From a virus (Duplodnaviria; Caudoviricetes), in the IMG/VR virus record IMGVR_UViG_3300021427_000036, positions 1-58,392 of that record: DNA of 58,392 nucleotides. One strand, written 5' to 3'. This document shows positions 47,994 through 57,274 of this stretch, in pieces (position 1 is the stretch's first letter; the number at the start of each line of letters is the position of its first letter). The notes beneath the pieces were generated by a model. It saw only the letters and a program-made list of their open reading frames with translations, did not search any database and was not told the origin of the DNA. A program made the translations under genes and the position numbers.

Positions 47994-49514
47994 CTACTTG
48001 AAATTCCGCAGCAACCTTTCCGGAGATTCATGGATCATTTTCACCACGTCATGGTCTAGCAGCAGAGCCTGATACTGGAGTTCATCATATGTCCCTCGAG
48101 CTTGCAGGTGGACGTAGCGATTGGCTACTCCTGACAAGGCTATGCGATCCTTCGACTGAGTGTAGTCCACATAGCTCATCGTGTAGCTGTACCAGATCAT
48201 GGTGCTGGCAGTTCGTAGGTCGATGCCTAGCGACCCAGCCTGGGGATTCATGACGAAGGCGGCGGGTCCGGCTCTGGCTCTAAATCCAGCGATCGAAGCA
48301 GTTCTCGTTCTTCGGTCCTGCCCACCATAGAGGAGATATGTCGGCGTCTTGAGCTTTTGGGTAAGCTTCGCAATAGACTGTATATCCGCTCTAAATCTCG
48401 CACAGATCACCAACTTCTCTTCTTGGTCGAACCAGTCAATAAGGAGGTCTTCAAGTACTCTAAGTTTCTCACTGCCGATTCTAACGAGTCGCCCTGACGG
48501 ATATTGAGATGTTGGTTCGGTCCGGGCAATCCCTGAAGTAATCTGAGCGAAACGCAGATTTTGAACCAGTCGTATCGTAGCCTCAGTGTATTCACCAGAC
48601 TGGATCCTTGCCACCATTTCTTCAGCCATCTGGTCATAGATACCTGCCGTTTCTTCTAGCTCAACGTGGATTATTTGATCAGGGTACGCAGCCGGAAGGT
48701 CAAAGCATTCGTCCCTAGCAACAGCAAACGACTCAGCATGTACCAGACGATGAAGTCGTCGAGGGTTTCGTAACCCTTGAAACCTATCAAAGTTCTCCCC
48801 TCTTAAGTGGATCCATCGTCCATACTCCGCTTTGAATGTAGCAGATGTATGTCGGTTGCCAGCAACGTCATGTAGTAGCGGCGAAGTTGGGTTGAGAAAC
48901 TTCCACTGCATATAAAGGTCAAAAGTTCTCTTAGCCTTAGTGACTGCAGTTCCGGTACAGATAAGGCGGTAATCTGCGACAACTCCGAGTCGGACAAGAG
49001 CTGTAGCTTTCTTAGCTGAAGGACTCTTGATGCGGTGAGATTCATCCAGAACGATGAGTTGAGGGGCCCATGACTTGAACGCTCTAACAATGTCATAACG
49101 GCCTCCGCGTTTGCGGCTTCGCTTGATGGATCCATCATCTCTCCTCCCCGTCATCCTCCCTGGTGTGGAGAATGCGTCATAGTTTACAATGACAAAGTCT
49201 AAGGTCGTTCGACCAAAGCGAGGCAACTCAGTTCGTTTACGTCCTCGCTTGTCCCACATGGTGATGGTATAGGGGAATGGACAGTGCAGCTCCAGTTCTG
49301 ATACCCACACATCCATGATGGATGAAGGGCAGACTACGAGAACTCGATTGACACGACCCTGCTGATGTCGAATGCTAGCGAAGTCGATGGCAACCTTGGT
49401 TTTGCCCGTCCGGGGTTCCATCAACAAGGCTCCGCCCCAGTCCAGCTGCAGCAATTTCTTCAGTGCCGCATACTGATGGCGGTAAGGCCTGGTTTGAAAT
49501 TTGTACTTAGCCAT
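47994..49514 (-). CDS. SNF2-type SF2 helicase
   Basis: MEPRTGKT, LDESH, CTGT, GSLGIDL, QSKDRI. Confidence 0.9.
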   Translation of the reverse strand: MAKYKFQTRPYRHQYAALKKLLQLDWGGALLMEPRTGKTKVAIDFASIRHQQGRVNRVLVVCPSSIMDVWVSELELHCPFPYTITMWDKRGRKRTELPRFGRTTLDFVIVNYDAFSTPGRMTGRRDDGSIKRSRKRGGRYDIVRAFKSWAPQLIVLDESHRIKSPSAKKATALVRLGVVADYRLICTGTAVTKAKRTFDLYMQWKFLNPTSPLLHDVAGNRHTSATFKAEYGRWIHLRGENFDRFQGLRNPRRLHRLVHAESFAVARDECFDLPAAYPDQIIHVELEETAGIYDQMAEEMVARIQSGEYTEATIRLVQNLRFAQITSGIARTEPTSQYPSGRLVRIGSEKLRVLEDLLIDWFDQEEKLVICARFRADIQSIAKLTQKLKTPTYLLYGGQDRRTRTASIAGFRARAGPAAFVMNPQAGSLGIDLRTASTMIWYSYTMSYVDYTQSKDRIALSGVANRYVHLQARGTYDELQYQALLLDHDVVKMIHESPERLLRNFK

Positions 49515-49942
49515 TAGAAGGGTGGAAACAACTTTCCTGCCGAGCACTCAGGGCACTTGCAAGGCATCTTCCGAAAGTCGGTGCGAGAGCAGGGTCGTGC
49601 CGCTAATGCACGCGATATCATAGCGAATTGGACGATCCGCAGTTTGTGCCTGTGTAGAATTCGGTACCCTTCCTTGAGCCACCGATCATCGGGATGTCGT
49701 GGATCGCAGTCTGGACAGATGACAAACTTCTTGAACCGGGGGGTTCGAACTTTCCCGTCTCTGTAGTTGTTGACGCACATGGGCCGGTCACAGATAGCAC
49801 AAACCTTGTACAGCTTCGTGCTAGTGACGATATAACTCAAGTCATGGCGAGGGTTACCCTGTGTGGCCATCAGTTCTTCTTCGGTTACGTGGCGACCCAT
49901 CAGGTACCGATGAACCTCTAACTCCGTCATCGTGATATCCAT
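49514..49942 (-). CDS. Cys-rich hypothetical protein, leaderless
   Basis: TTGCCA-N18-TATCAT-N5-ATG; CAIC, CPDC, CKCPEC. Confidence 0.65.
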   Translation of the reverse strand: MDITMTELEVHRYLMGRHVTEEELMATQGNPRHDLSYIVTSTKLYKVCAICDRPMCVNNYRDGKVRTPRFKKFVICPDCDPRHPDDRWLKEGYRILHRHKLRIVQFAMISRALAARPCSRTDFRKMPCKCPECSAGKLFPPF

Positions 49943-50017
49943 AGTCAATGATATCAAAACCGAGATACGTCTGGCAAATGCCCCATTCTCGTACAAGAAT
50001 AAAGTAGAATGGCCACC

Positions 50018-50046
50018 TTGACGAATGCATCGTGGTCTATTATAGT
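50018..50046 (+). promoter_or_regulatory. SigA-type promoter, divergent from the replication operon
   Basis: TTGACG-N17-TATAGT. Confidence 0.7.
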
Positions 50047-50106
50047 GATTACATCGGCAATCGAGTGCACTCTGCACTCCCTACAAGAGAGGTTAAGAAG
50101 CTCACT

Positions 50107-50613
50107 ATGGCTGCTGCCAAAAAGAGAGCCACCGCAGTGGTGGTTGAAGACGACGAGGACGAGGCTGACGTCGAAGCTGACGTCGAGCTCGAGGAACTCG
50201 AGGAAGATGCTGACGACGACGAGGACACCGAGCCTGAGAAGCCCGCAGTCCCCGAAATCTGGGGGGTTCAGCAACTCATCATCCTCATCAAGCAGAAGAC
50301 GGGGAAGACCTACAAGCCACGCGAGGTCCGTACCCTGCTCCGCAAGATGGCTCGAGAGGATGGGACCATCGACCGAGACATCGTGCCCGGCAACAAGACC
50401 CGCTACAGCTGGTCCGGTCCGAACGACCCCGAGGTCAGGGCAGTCCTGAAGAACGTCAAGGGAGGAGCAATCGAGGTCGCCAAGAAGGCTGCCCTCGACA
50501 AGCTGAAGCAGGACAAGGCAAAGAAGACCGCTGCTGCACAGAAGGTCGTTGCCAAGACCAAGAAGAAGACTGCTGCTCCGCCTCCAGAGGATGACGAAGA
50601 CGAAGACGAATGA
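50107..50613 (+). CDS. Acidic/basic winged-HTH-like DNA-binding protein
   Basis: D/E tract; KPREVRTLLRK...PGNKTRYSW; K/A-rich tail; own promoter and terminator. Confidence 0.75.
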   Translation: MAAAKKRATAVVVEDDEDEADVEADVELEELEEDADDDEDTEPEKPAVPEIWGVQQLIILIKQKTGKTYKPREVRTLLRKMAREDGTIDRDIVPGNKTRYSWSGPNDPEVRAVLKNVKGGAIEVAKKAALDKLKQDKAKKTAAAQKVVAKTKKKTAAPPPEDDEDEDE

Positions 50614-50685
50614 TCGCTAGGCGGGATTCGCCGGCGATGAGTTGACCAGCCATCAAGCTGCTCCCTCATATCCCGTCTTCCGAGG

Positions 50686-50866
50686 CACTGGGCCCCCCTC
50701 CCGCCGGGGGGTCCTTTGCTGTGTGTTCGTCCCTATTTTTTTCTCGTTTCGTCAAGCAATAATGCATCGACTCGATCGTGCGGAATCAATAGGGATGAAG
50801 TGGAGAAGCACACAATGAATCCCCTGACCGATCGAAGCGTCAGGCGACGAATCAACCGATCAGGGG
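50686..50866. terminator. Convergent terminator hairpins
   Basis: GGGCCCCCC/GGGGGGTCC+TTT on plus; TCCCCTGATCGGTTGA/TCGATCGGTCAGGGGA on minus. Confidence 0.65.
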
Positions 50867-50879
50867 AGTGTTCACGATC

Positions 50880-51065
50880 CTAGAGGGCTAGGAATCCCAA
50901 TGCCAACAGAGCAAGGCCCAGTAGCATGAAGGTGGTGGTGTTCAACCAAGCCGGCTTGGCTGTCTTCGAACTGAAAGACAACCATAGTGCTACCAGAAAC
51001 GCGACGAGTGCGAACAAGAACATCCACTCAGCGAAGTCTGGCTCGGACAAGATAGTGGTTACCAT
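50880..51065 (-). CDS. Putative holin (2 TM)
   Basis: Two hydrophobic helices directly after the endolysin; SD AAAGGAGG. Confidence 0.65.
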   Translation of the reverse strand: MVTTILSEPDFAEWMFLFALVAFLVALWLSFSSKTAKPAWLNTTTFMLLGLALLALGFLAL

Positions 51066-51084
51066 TGTTTCCTCCTTTCTGAGG

Positions 51085-51864
51085 TCAGTCCCAATCTCCC
51101 GCCTCGGCCTGAAGCTTGATGCCTTCTTCCATGGCCTGCCAGGTCTTCTGACCGCAGATGCCATCGGCCGTGACACCTAGGATGACCTGAACGTTCCTGA
51201 GAGCACCAACAGACTGGGAACCGAACTGACCATCTTCGACCACACCCTGTCCGCTGATCAGGTTGATCTGTTGCTGGCACATCTTGGACATCTTGCCAGT
51301 CGAACCTTGCTTGACTTCTTTGCGATATCCCTGCACGGTGAGAACTCCTGTCGGTGATGGCGGTGTTGGTGTGGGCGATGGCGGTTCGGCGGGAAGATCC
51401 CAGACATAGAGCGGTGGAGGTGTGGTCGCATACTTGCGACTGGCTGGAATCTCGATGGGCTGGATATGCCATGGTTCGTTGCCAACGGTACGAAAGGTAC
51501 GGAATCCAAAGTTGGCACAATGGAGTTCCATCCAATTCCATGACACGTTGGGTACGGTGTCGATGGCGAAGGCTGTTGAGGACGTTGGACTTACTGGGCA
51601 GGACTCATGCCAAGAGTTGCCAGGACTGGCAAAACCAGGAGGCGGTGGATTGGGCTGCACCCGCCAACCAGTTCCCACACCGAGGGCGATACCTGCTGCA
51701 TGAGCAGCATGGATGAGAGCATGGAAGCGACGTTGTACCTCAGGATGGAGATACTTGACCGTGCTTTTGGTCATCATCTCATCCCAGGTAAGCATCGTGC
51801 CCATACCTTGTGGACCACCATCGGGTGGACGGTTATAGCCATAGGGGAATCGTGGTTCAGTCAT
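51085..51864 (-). CDS. Endolysin: M15-type Zn peptidase plus PG-binding domain
   Basis: GWR, PGNSWHE...AID, EPWH; Pro/Thr linker; DGQFG..DGICGQKTW. Confidence 0.85.
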   Translation of the reverse strand: MTEPRFPYGYNRPPDGGPQGMGTMLTWDEMMTKSTVKYLHPEVQRRFHALIHAAHAAGIALGVGTGWRVQPNPPPPGFASPGNSWHESCPVSPTSSTAFAIDTVPNVSWNWMELHCANFGFRTFRTVGNEPWHIQPIEIPASRKYATTPPPLYVWDLPAEPPSPTPTPPSPTGVLTVQGYRKEVKQGSTGKMSKMCQQQINLISGQGVVEDGQFGSQSVGALRNVQVILGVTADGICGQKTWQAMEEGIKLQAEAGDWD

Positions 51865-51995
51865 GCTTCAGGGTCCTCATCTGGAAAGAGTTCCTTGATG
51901 TCCTTATGGTTTGGATCATCCAACCATATACGACGATCCCCCTCAGGATCATTCTCATCGTACATCGGAACATCATCGTCTACCGTATTCGTCAT
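51861..51995 (-). CDS. 44-aa acidic peptide (not in ORF track)
   Basis: SD AAGGAG; ATGA overlap with the endolysin. Confidence 0.5.
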   Translation of the reverse strand: MTNTVDDDVPMYDENDPEGDRRIWLDDPNHKDIKELFPDEDPEA

Positions 51996-52004
51996 GGTTT
52001 CTCC

Positions 52005-54206
52005 TTAGGTTACAGGTGGGGGAGGTTCCCAACTGATGATTACATAGCCATGATCCATATTTTCTCCATCCTCCGTTTCTAGATCATAACCAGACTCGTG
52101 CATCCATCCTGATCCACCTCCACCTCCGCCTGGTGAACCGGCTATACCATTGAGAGAATCTCCAGCCGCTGCACCTCCATACCATCCACCTCCACCTCCA
52201 CCTCCGGGATAGGCGAAAGCCGAGTGACTGCCGCTACCATGACCCCCTTGCCAGAATGAACCAGAAGCACCATATCCCACACCAGGGGCTACTTGGAAAG
52301 CTCCATTCCCAGGCTTATTATTTCCTCCTGGTTCACCTTGACCACCACCGTAGAATCCACCAATGCCACCCTGATGATTGGCCTCACTAGCTCCTCCTGC
52401 TGCACCAGCCATGATAAGAGCATAATCTGGTGGAGTTCCAGTAGGCCTTATGTCCGAACTTCCACCTCCACTTCCACCGTGCGCAGCACCAATTGACGAA
52501 GAAGCTCCGTCTCCGCCATTTGGCCAAGCACCAGGGTTACTCAGACTGTTTGTATACGCTCCCTTACCGCCTACGTACACATCGTAAATCTGTCCACCAA
52601 GGACCGGGAACTTTGCGACTACCTTTCCTCCGCCTGATCGAGGTGTTCCACCATAGACTGATCCACCACCATGAACTTCAGCCATGATTTCGAAGACATC
52701 ATCTGGAACCTGCCAGGTTTGGACAGCTCCGGTGTAGTCAAACCGAATCGAGTTTGTTAGAACCACATTCTCTCGAGTAATTCCCCTGGCATGAACCCAA
52801 AGAGCTGTTTCCAGTGGAGCGATATTCAAGCCACCAGCCGATGCTTCAGCTCGGATGACAAGGATATGGCCTCCCTGAGGTATATCTTTTTGACCGTAAC
52901 TGAAGTTCCAGTTGAAGGGTGTTCCTGACGAGACAGCGAAAGTTCTAGCTGGCCACATAGTTGCACCAGTTTCATCATCAACCGGTGTGATCGTGATGTT
53001 ACCAGTACCAGCTCCTGTACCTGCAACTGAGTAACTTACAATCCATTCTGCCTCGGGAACAGCTCTCAATCCAATGCGGTTCAAGATAGTACTGAAGGTT
53101 CGAATCTGCTTCGGTCCTAACCAGTTCCTGGACTCAAACATCTCCCACTGCGTGGTAGTATTGGCTCGAGCATTAGCAGCATTCGGATCAGGAAGAAGTA
53201 TCTCTCCAGCTGACAACTCAATCTGATTCTTATCTGGGCTGGCTGGATATCGAACTGTTCTCGTGACTCGAGCAGCAATGTCGATACCCAAGACTTCATC
53301 AGCAACATGGACCGTATCCCCGATACGATAGGCATTCTCCTGAAGACCAGTCAGAGCTGACAAGTCGACCACACTGAGGGCATACGAGACTTGTGGGTGA
53401 GAAAGGGTTTGGATACGCTTCAAGGCAGCATCGTAAAGTGGTCCGTCCTCGACAAAACTATCGTCACGATAGACATCTTCTTTACGATGCCAGTACCGAG
53501 CATAGTCCAATGTCTGACCCAGGTCCGTAAAGTAACTGAAGTCTTCTATGTATTGAGCTCCCCCTGTGAGGTTTTCAATGGACAAGTCATTTCGTCCAAA
53601 GACCCACAACTTCGTAACTGTTGGACCCAATTCTGTTCGTGTTATCCCGATCAAGTTCCTACCGTAGCGGAAACCTAAACCCAAGTTTGCACCCACCTGG
53701 GTTAGCATGTTGACTCGGCTACCATCATTGTCGAAGCTCAACTCACAGCCACATACCTTGGCCCACTGCCAAATGATGTCCAACACAGTTGCATCAGTAG
53801 CCTCGAATGAGCGGGGAAAGACATCTGGAGTTACTTCACCCAGGAACCACCCAGTCCCACTCAATGCTGCCTCAAGACCTATGCGAGCTGTTGTATTGTC
53901 TAGGACAAAACTCCCCGTGATCTTCCGTTCACAGAGCTGCATCCAGGTAGCTTCGGCAAACACAACGATGTCAGTCTGAGGACCATTCCGAACCTTCTCA
54001 ATCTTTTGAACGAAGAATCTCTCACCATTGATGATGAGAAGTTGATCTTGTGTCAGGTGGATTGCCTTCGGATGTTCAGCTGGAACACTGAACTTGATGG
54101 TGTAAGACTGGAAAAGACGCTCATCCATCTCAAGGTCAGTAGCAACAATGGCGTTTGTTCTCACGCCGAAGATGTTGTAGACCCAGATGAGAGTTTTCTC
54201 AGTCAT
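52005..54206 (-). CDS. Tail tip protein (Tal/prophage-tail type) with C-terminal glycine-rich domain
   Basis: FRYGRNL, TKLWVFG, IGDTVHV; YTGAVQTWQVP...GGGSSDIR. Confidence 0.8.
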   Translation of the reverse strand: MTEKTLIWVYNIFGVRTNAIVATDLEMDERLFQSYTIKFSVPAEHPKAIHLTQDQLLIINGERFFVQKIEKVRNGPQTDIVVFAEATWMQLCERKITGSFVLDNTTARIGLEAALSGTGWFLGEVTPDVFPRSFEATDATVLDIIWQWAKVCGCELSFDNDGSRVNMLTQVGANLGLGFRYGRNLIGITRTELGPTVTKLWVFGRNDLSIENLTGGAQYIEDFSYFTDLGQTLDYARYWHRKEDVYRDDSFVEDGPLYDAALKRIQTLSHPQVSYALSVVDLSALTGLQENAYRIGDTVHVADEVLGIDIAARVTRTVRYPASPDKNQIELSAGEILLPDPNAANARANTTTQWEMFESRNWLGPKQIRTFSTILNRIGLRAVPEAEWIVSYSVAGTGAGTGNITITPVDDETGATMWPARTFAVSSGTPFNWNFSYGQKDIPQGGHILVIRAEASAGGLNIAPLETALWVHARGITRENVVLTNSIRFDYTGAVQTWQVPDDVFEIMAEVHGGGSVYGGTPRSGGGKVVAKFPVLGGQIYDVYVGGKGAYTNSLSNPGAWPNGGDGASSSIGAAHGGSGGGSSDIRPTGTPPDYALIMAGAAGGASEANHQGGIGGFYGGGQGEPGGNNKPGNGAFQVAPGVGYGASGSFWQGGHGSGSHSAFAYPGGGGGGGWYGGAAAGDSLNGIAGSPGGGGGGSGWMHESGYDLETEDGENMDHGYVIISWEPPPPVT

Positions 54207-55759
54207 GGAGTTCCCCACTTGGCTTTCAGGTATGCCTCAATCGTCGCAATGTTAGGAGCCGTGAGAATACCTGAGTAGACGAGAATCTCAGCTATGGCCC
54301 CATCAAAGAAACTAACTCCGGGAGATGGACGGCGATGAGCACCGATGGTACATAGATCAGGAGTCGTCGCAGCTTGAGAAGTAGCGAAGTTTGTGGCTGA
54401 TGCACGAGTCTCAGCATTCTGACCAATCGACCACTGAGATACGGTATCACTTTGTATCTGTTGTGTGTGGGTGATCAAGGTTGGACCAGTTGTCACTACT
54501 GCTGTTGGTCCGAGGAGGCTTGCAAGTGCCGCACCATCGTCCCGTGTATAGGTTGCACGCGGTCGATAGAAGGTTGAGAATTCCAGGGTAACCCCCCACT
54601 GAGTGCTGTTAGAAACGGTACGTCCATCGGCAATGAGGAAACTTGTACCGGTCGCAATGTCCGACTGACAAACAATGAAGATAGTATTCCCCACTCCTCG
54701 GTTTGCCCATATCCAAGGCGAAGCAATGAGGTTATCAGTGGTACCATCGAAGTCAATCGCGTTCTTCCCGTTGATGGTACGAGTATTCGTTGTCGGTTTC
54801 ATACCGGCAGTGGACTGACTGAAACTATGAAGTCCTCTCTTATCAGTCCAACCATCAACCGCATTGGCTACATGAGAGATCTTCGTAGTATCGGATGCAT
54901 CAAGCCAACAAGTTAGACCACCGATAACGATTGGGCTAAATGTGGCTGGAGGCCAGGTTAAGGTAGCTACCCCATTCCCAGTTTGAGTTCCCGACACCAG
55001 CGTTTCATTCAGTCCGGTTGACAACCCACTACCACCGCCACCACCAGACCCTGAAGTACCACCGGCATTCGCACATCCACCTCCGCCTCCTCCATATCGA
55101 CCTCCACCGCCACCGCCACCATTACGAGTTGTATTAGCTCCTGCTCCACCTACTCCCAGAGTACCAACTGCTCCAGGTGCTGCTCCTGTTCCTGCCGCTC
55201 CACCGGCTGAGGCAGTACCACCACCTCCACCAGTAGATGTACCATAATCAGCAACACTACCTTGACCACCGGCTGGTGTTCCTCCAACACCATTAGCATT
55301 TACTTTACTATCGTTGCCACCAGCACCTCCGCCTCCACCCGCAATAACCAAGCGATCTGCTAACCCGTAAGGAGAACGACGGATATCAGTTGCTCCACCA
55401 CCACCTCCACCATCTGAACCAATACCGCCTCCACCACCGTTGAATCCACCCGCAACCGTAGCAGTAGTTCCACCGACATAGATACGAAGAACCTCAGCCG
55501 GAACAACAGCTACATCACACTTGACCTGACCGCCATTGCCACCCTGATTAGCTGGTCCACTAGATGAGGAACCACCCTCAGCTCCGAACAGATCAGCTGT
55601 AAGGGCATATACATCAGCGGGAACTATGAACTCGTAGTAAGTTCCAGTATAGACCACGGTCTTTGGAGAGATTTCAACTGCTGGACCACCTTCCACACCG
55701 CCAGTACCGGCACGAAGCAACCTTGTTCTGCGGTTAGAGCTCAATACTAGCTTACTCAT
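54203..55759 (-). CDS. Minor tail / receptor-binding protein: glycine-rich plus LamG-like domains
   Basis: GGGGGATDIR; WLDASD, FDG, FDGAIAEILVY. Confidence 0.75.
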   Translation of the reverse strand: MSKLVLSSNRRTRLLRAGTGGVEGGPAVEISPKTVVYTGTYYEFIVPADVYALTADLFGAEGGSSSSGPANQGGNGGQVKCDVAVVPAEVLRIYVGGTTATVAGGFNGGGGGIGSDGGGGGGATDIRRSPYGLADRLVIAGGGGGAGGNDSKVNANGVGGTPAGGQGSVADYGTSTGGGGGTASAGGAAGTGAAPGAVGTLGVGGAGANTTRNGGGGGGGRYGGGGGGCANAGGTSGSGGGGGSGLSTGLNETLVSGTQTGNGVATLTWPPATFSPIVIGGLTCWLDASDTTKISHVANAVDGWTDKRGLHSFSQSTAGMKPTTNTRTINGKNAIDFDGTTDNLIASPWIWANRGVGNTIFIVCQSDIATGTSFLIADGRTVSNSTQWGVTLEFSTFYRPRATYTRDDGAALASLLGPTAVVTTGPTLITHTQQIQSDTVSQWSIGQNAETRASATNFATSQAATTPDLCTIGAHRRPSPGVSFFDGAIAEILVYSGILTAPNIATIEAYLKAKWGTP

Positions 55760-56471
55760 ACTGAGCGTCAATCCAACAATTGGCAAGACCGATGGTCTTA
55801 GTAGGTCCAGTTGTAGAGTTACACGCTACGATTCCTGTAGCGAAGGGTCGACCTCTCTTTCCCAGGTCCAGGGAAAAGTTGGATGTACCAGGAACAGCAA
55901 TGATGATCTTCGGTACTGCTGGGTCTGCTGGCACTGAGGCTGTGTCATGGAGTTGGATCCATTGCGTAGCACCTAGGGAATTATACCCTTGAATGCCATA
56001 CAACGTTCCTGCTCCCGCCTTGATGAGAAGGGAGTTGGCATAGACAGTCGTTGTCGCATTGAGAACTGCAGTCTCTGCATTGATGGTCCGCAGTCGTCCC
56101 AATGAGTCCGTAGACAACCCAACATAGTCTCCGTCTGCTGCTGAACCGAGAGCTGTATCTCGTCGAACTGCCAACATCAGCACACCAGCATCACCACTTG
56201 CTGCTATAGCATCTTCCAACTTCAGCAATGCTGTGGCACCTACTGTTCCGGCCTGAGTTGATAACAGCCCCTTCAACAGGGCAACGACTGAAGCCGCTGT
56301 TGCTGGGTTCGTGATAGCAGCGTCGGCCTTGGCTCCAACAGTAGCCAATCCACCATCTGCTGCACGAACGAAAGCGAACCAGTCAGTAACACCAGCACCA
56401 GTATCACCCTCACGGAAACTGGTCTTGATGAGACTGCTGTCCTTGTGAAGCTCACTGGGAAAAGTCGTCAT
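55752..56471 (-). CDS. Minor tail protein
   Basis: Position after Dit; beta-rich C-terminus. Confidence 0.65.
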   Translation of the reverse strand: MTTFPSELHKDSSLIKTSFREGDTGAGVTDWFAFVRAADGGLATVGAKADAAITNPATAASVVALLKGLLSTQAGTVGATALLKLEDAIAASGDAGVLMLAVRRDTALGSAADGDYVGLSTDSLGRLRTINAETAVLNATTTVYANSLLIKAGAGTLYGIQGYNSLGATQWIQLHDTASVPADPAVPKIIIAVPGTSNFSLDLGKRGRPFATGIVACNSTTGPTKTIGLANCWIDAQYE

Positions 56472-57274
56472 CTGTGGTATCTCTTTCTGTACTTAATCAC
56501 AATGGTCACTGCGGTAGCTGTTCCACCGGTTTTCACGAACGTCATGATGTTGTTTCCCGGAATCAAGGTCGGGAATGTGCCGAAGACCCCTTCCATGTTG
56601 AGGTTTGCAGGGTTGTAGGCACCGGTCAAACTCACGTCTCCTACAGAGCCAGTGAGGACAACAACATTGACACCGTCAATCGTCAGGGTTGTATCATCCG
56701 CCAATGTTCCAGCCCAAATGAGGGTGTTCCCATTGATGGCCAATTCAAACCCTAGGAGGGTACCATCAGTCGGAGTAACTTCGATGACGGGGTCAGTGGG
56801 AATCTCAATGTCAGGATCCCATGTATGACTGAAGTTGTCGTCGCCAGTGACCGTGTGGGTCGTTACAGCTAACCCCAAAGCATACGGTTGAACCGTGAAG
56901 AGAATCTCAAACGTTCCTGCCTCTCGCCATTCATCAGGATCAGGAGGTTCTCCCAACACACCCTCATAGTAAACGTTAGGTTCATCGCTGATGGTCAAAG
57001 TCGACTGACCCATCACCCTACCTAACCAACTAGCTACTTCGTCGAACGCATCTCGTCGAGCAATGGGAAAGCTGTCCACCTGGACAAAGCATTCCATGCG
57101 AATTTCTCGCATCCCTCGCTGCTCAGGAAAAATCCACGCCCCTTCTCTACCGGGGATGTCCCGATAAACCGTACGATCCTTCCCCAACAATTTCCGAGTC
57201 ACCTTGCCGATGACTAAAGAGGGAATCGTAGCCGATGAAACTCCGTTCCAGATCACTTCTTTAGTAGCGGGCAT
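56468..57274 (-). CDS. Distal tail protein (Dit)
   Basis: WNGVSS, IPGREG, DEPNVYY, FTVQPYA; follows TMP. Confidence 0.82.
   Translation of the reverse strand: MPATKEVIWNGVSSATIPSLVIGKVTRKLLGKDRTVYRDIPGREGAWIFPEQRGMREIRMECFVQVDSFPIARRDAFDEVASWLGRVMGQSTLTISDEPNVYYEGVLGEPPDPDEWREAGTFEILFTVQPYALGLAVTTHTVTGDDNFSHTWDPDIEIPTDPVIEVTPTDGTLLGFELAINGNTLIWAGTLADDTTLTIDGVNVVVLTGSVGDVSLTGAYNPANLNMEGVFGTFPTLIPGNNIMTFVKTGGTATAVTIVIKYRKRYHR

Noticed and set aside
56421-56435. Near-copy of the palindrome (GGTCTTGATGAGACT) in a tail gene
   Set aside because: Single degenerate coding copy, plausible by chance
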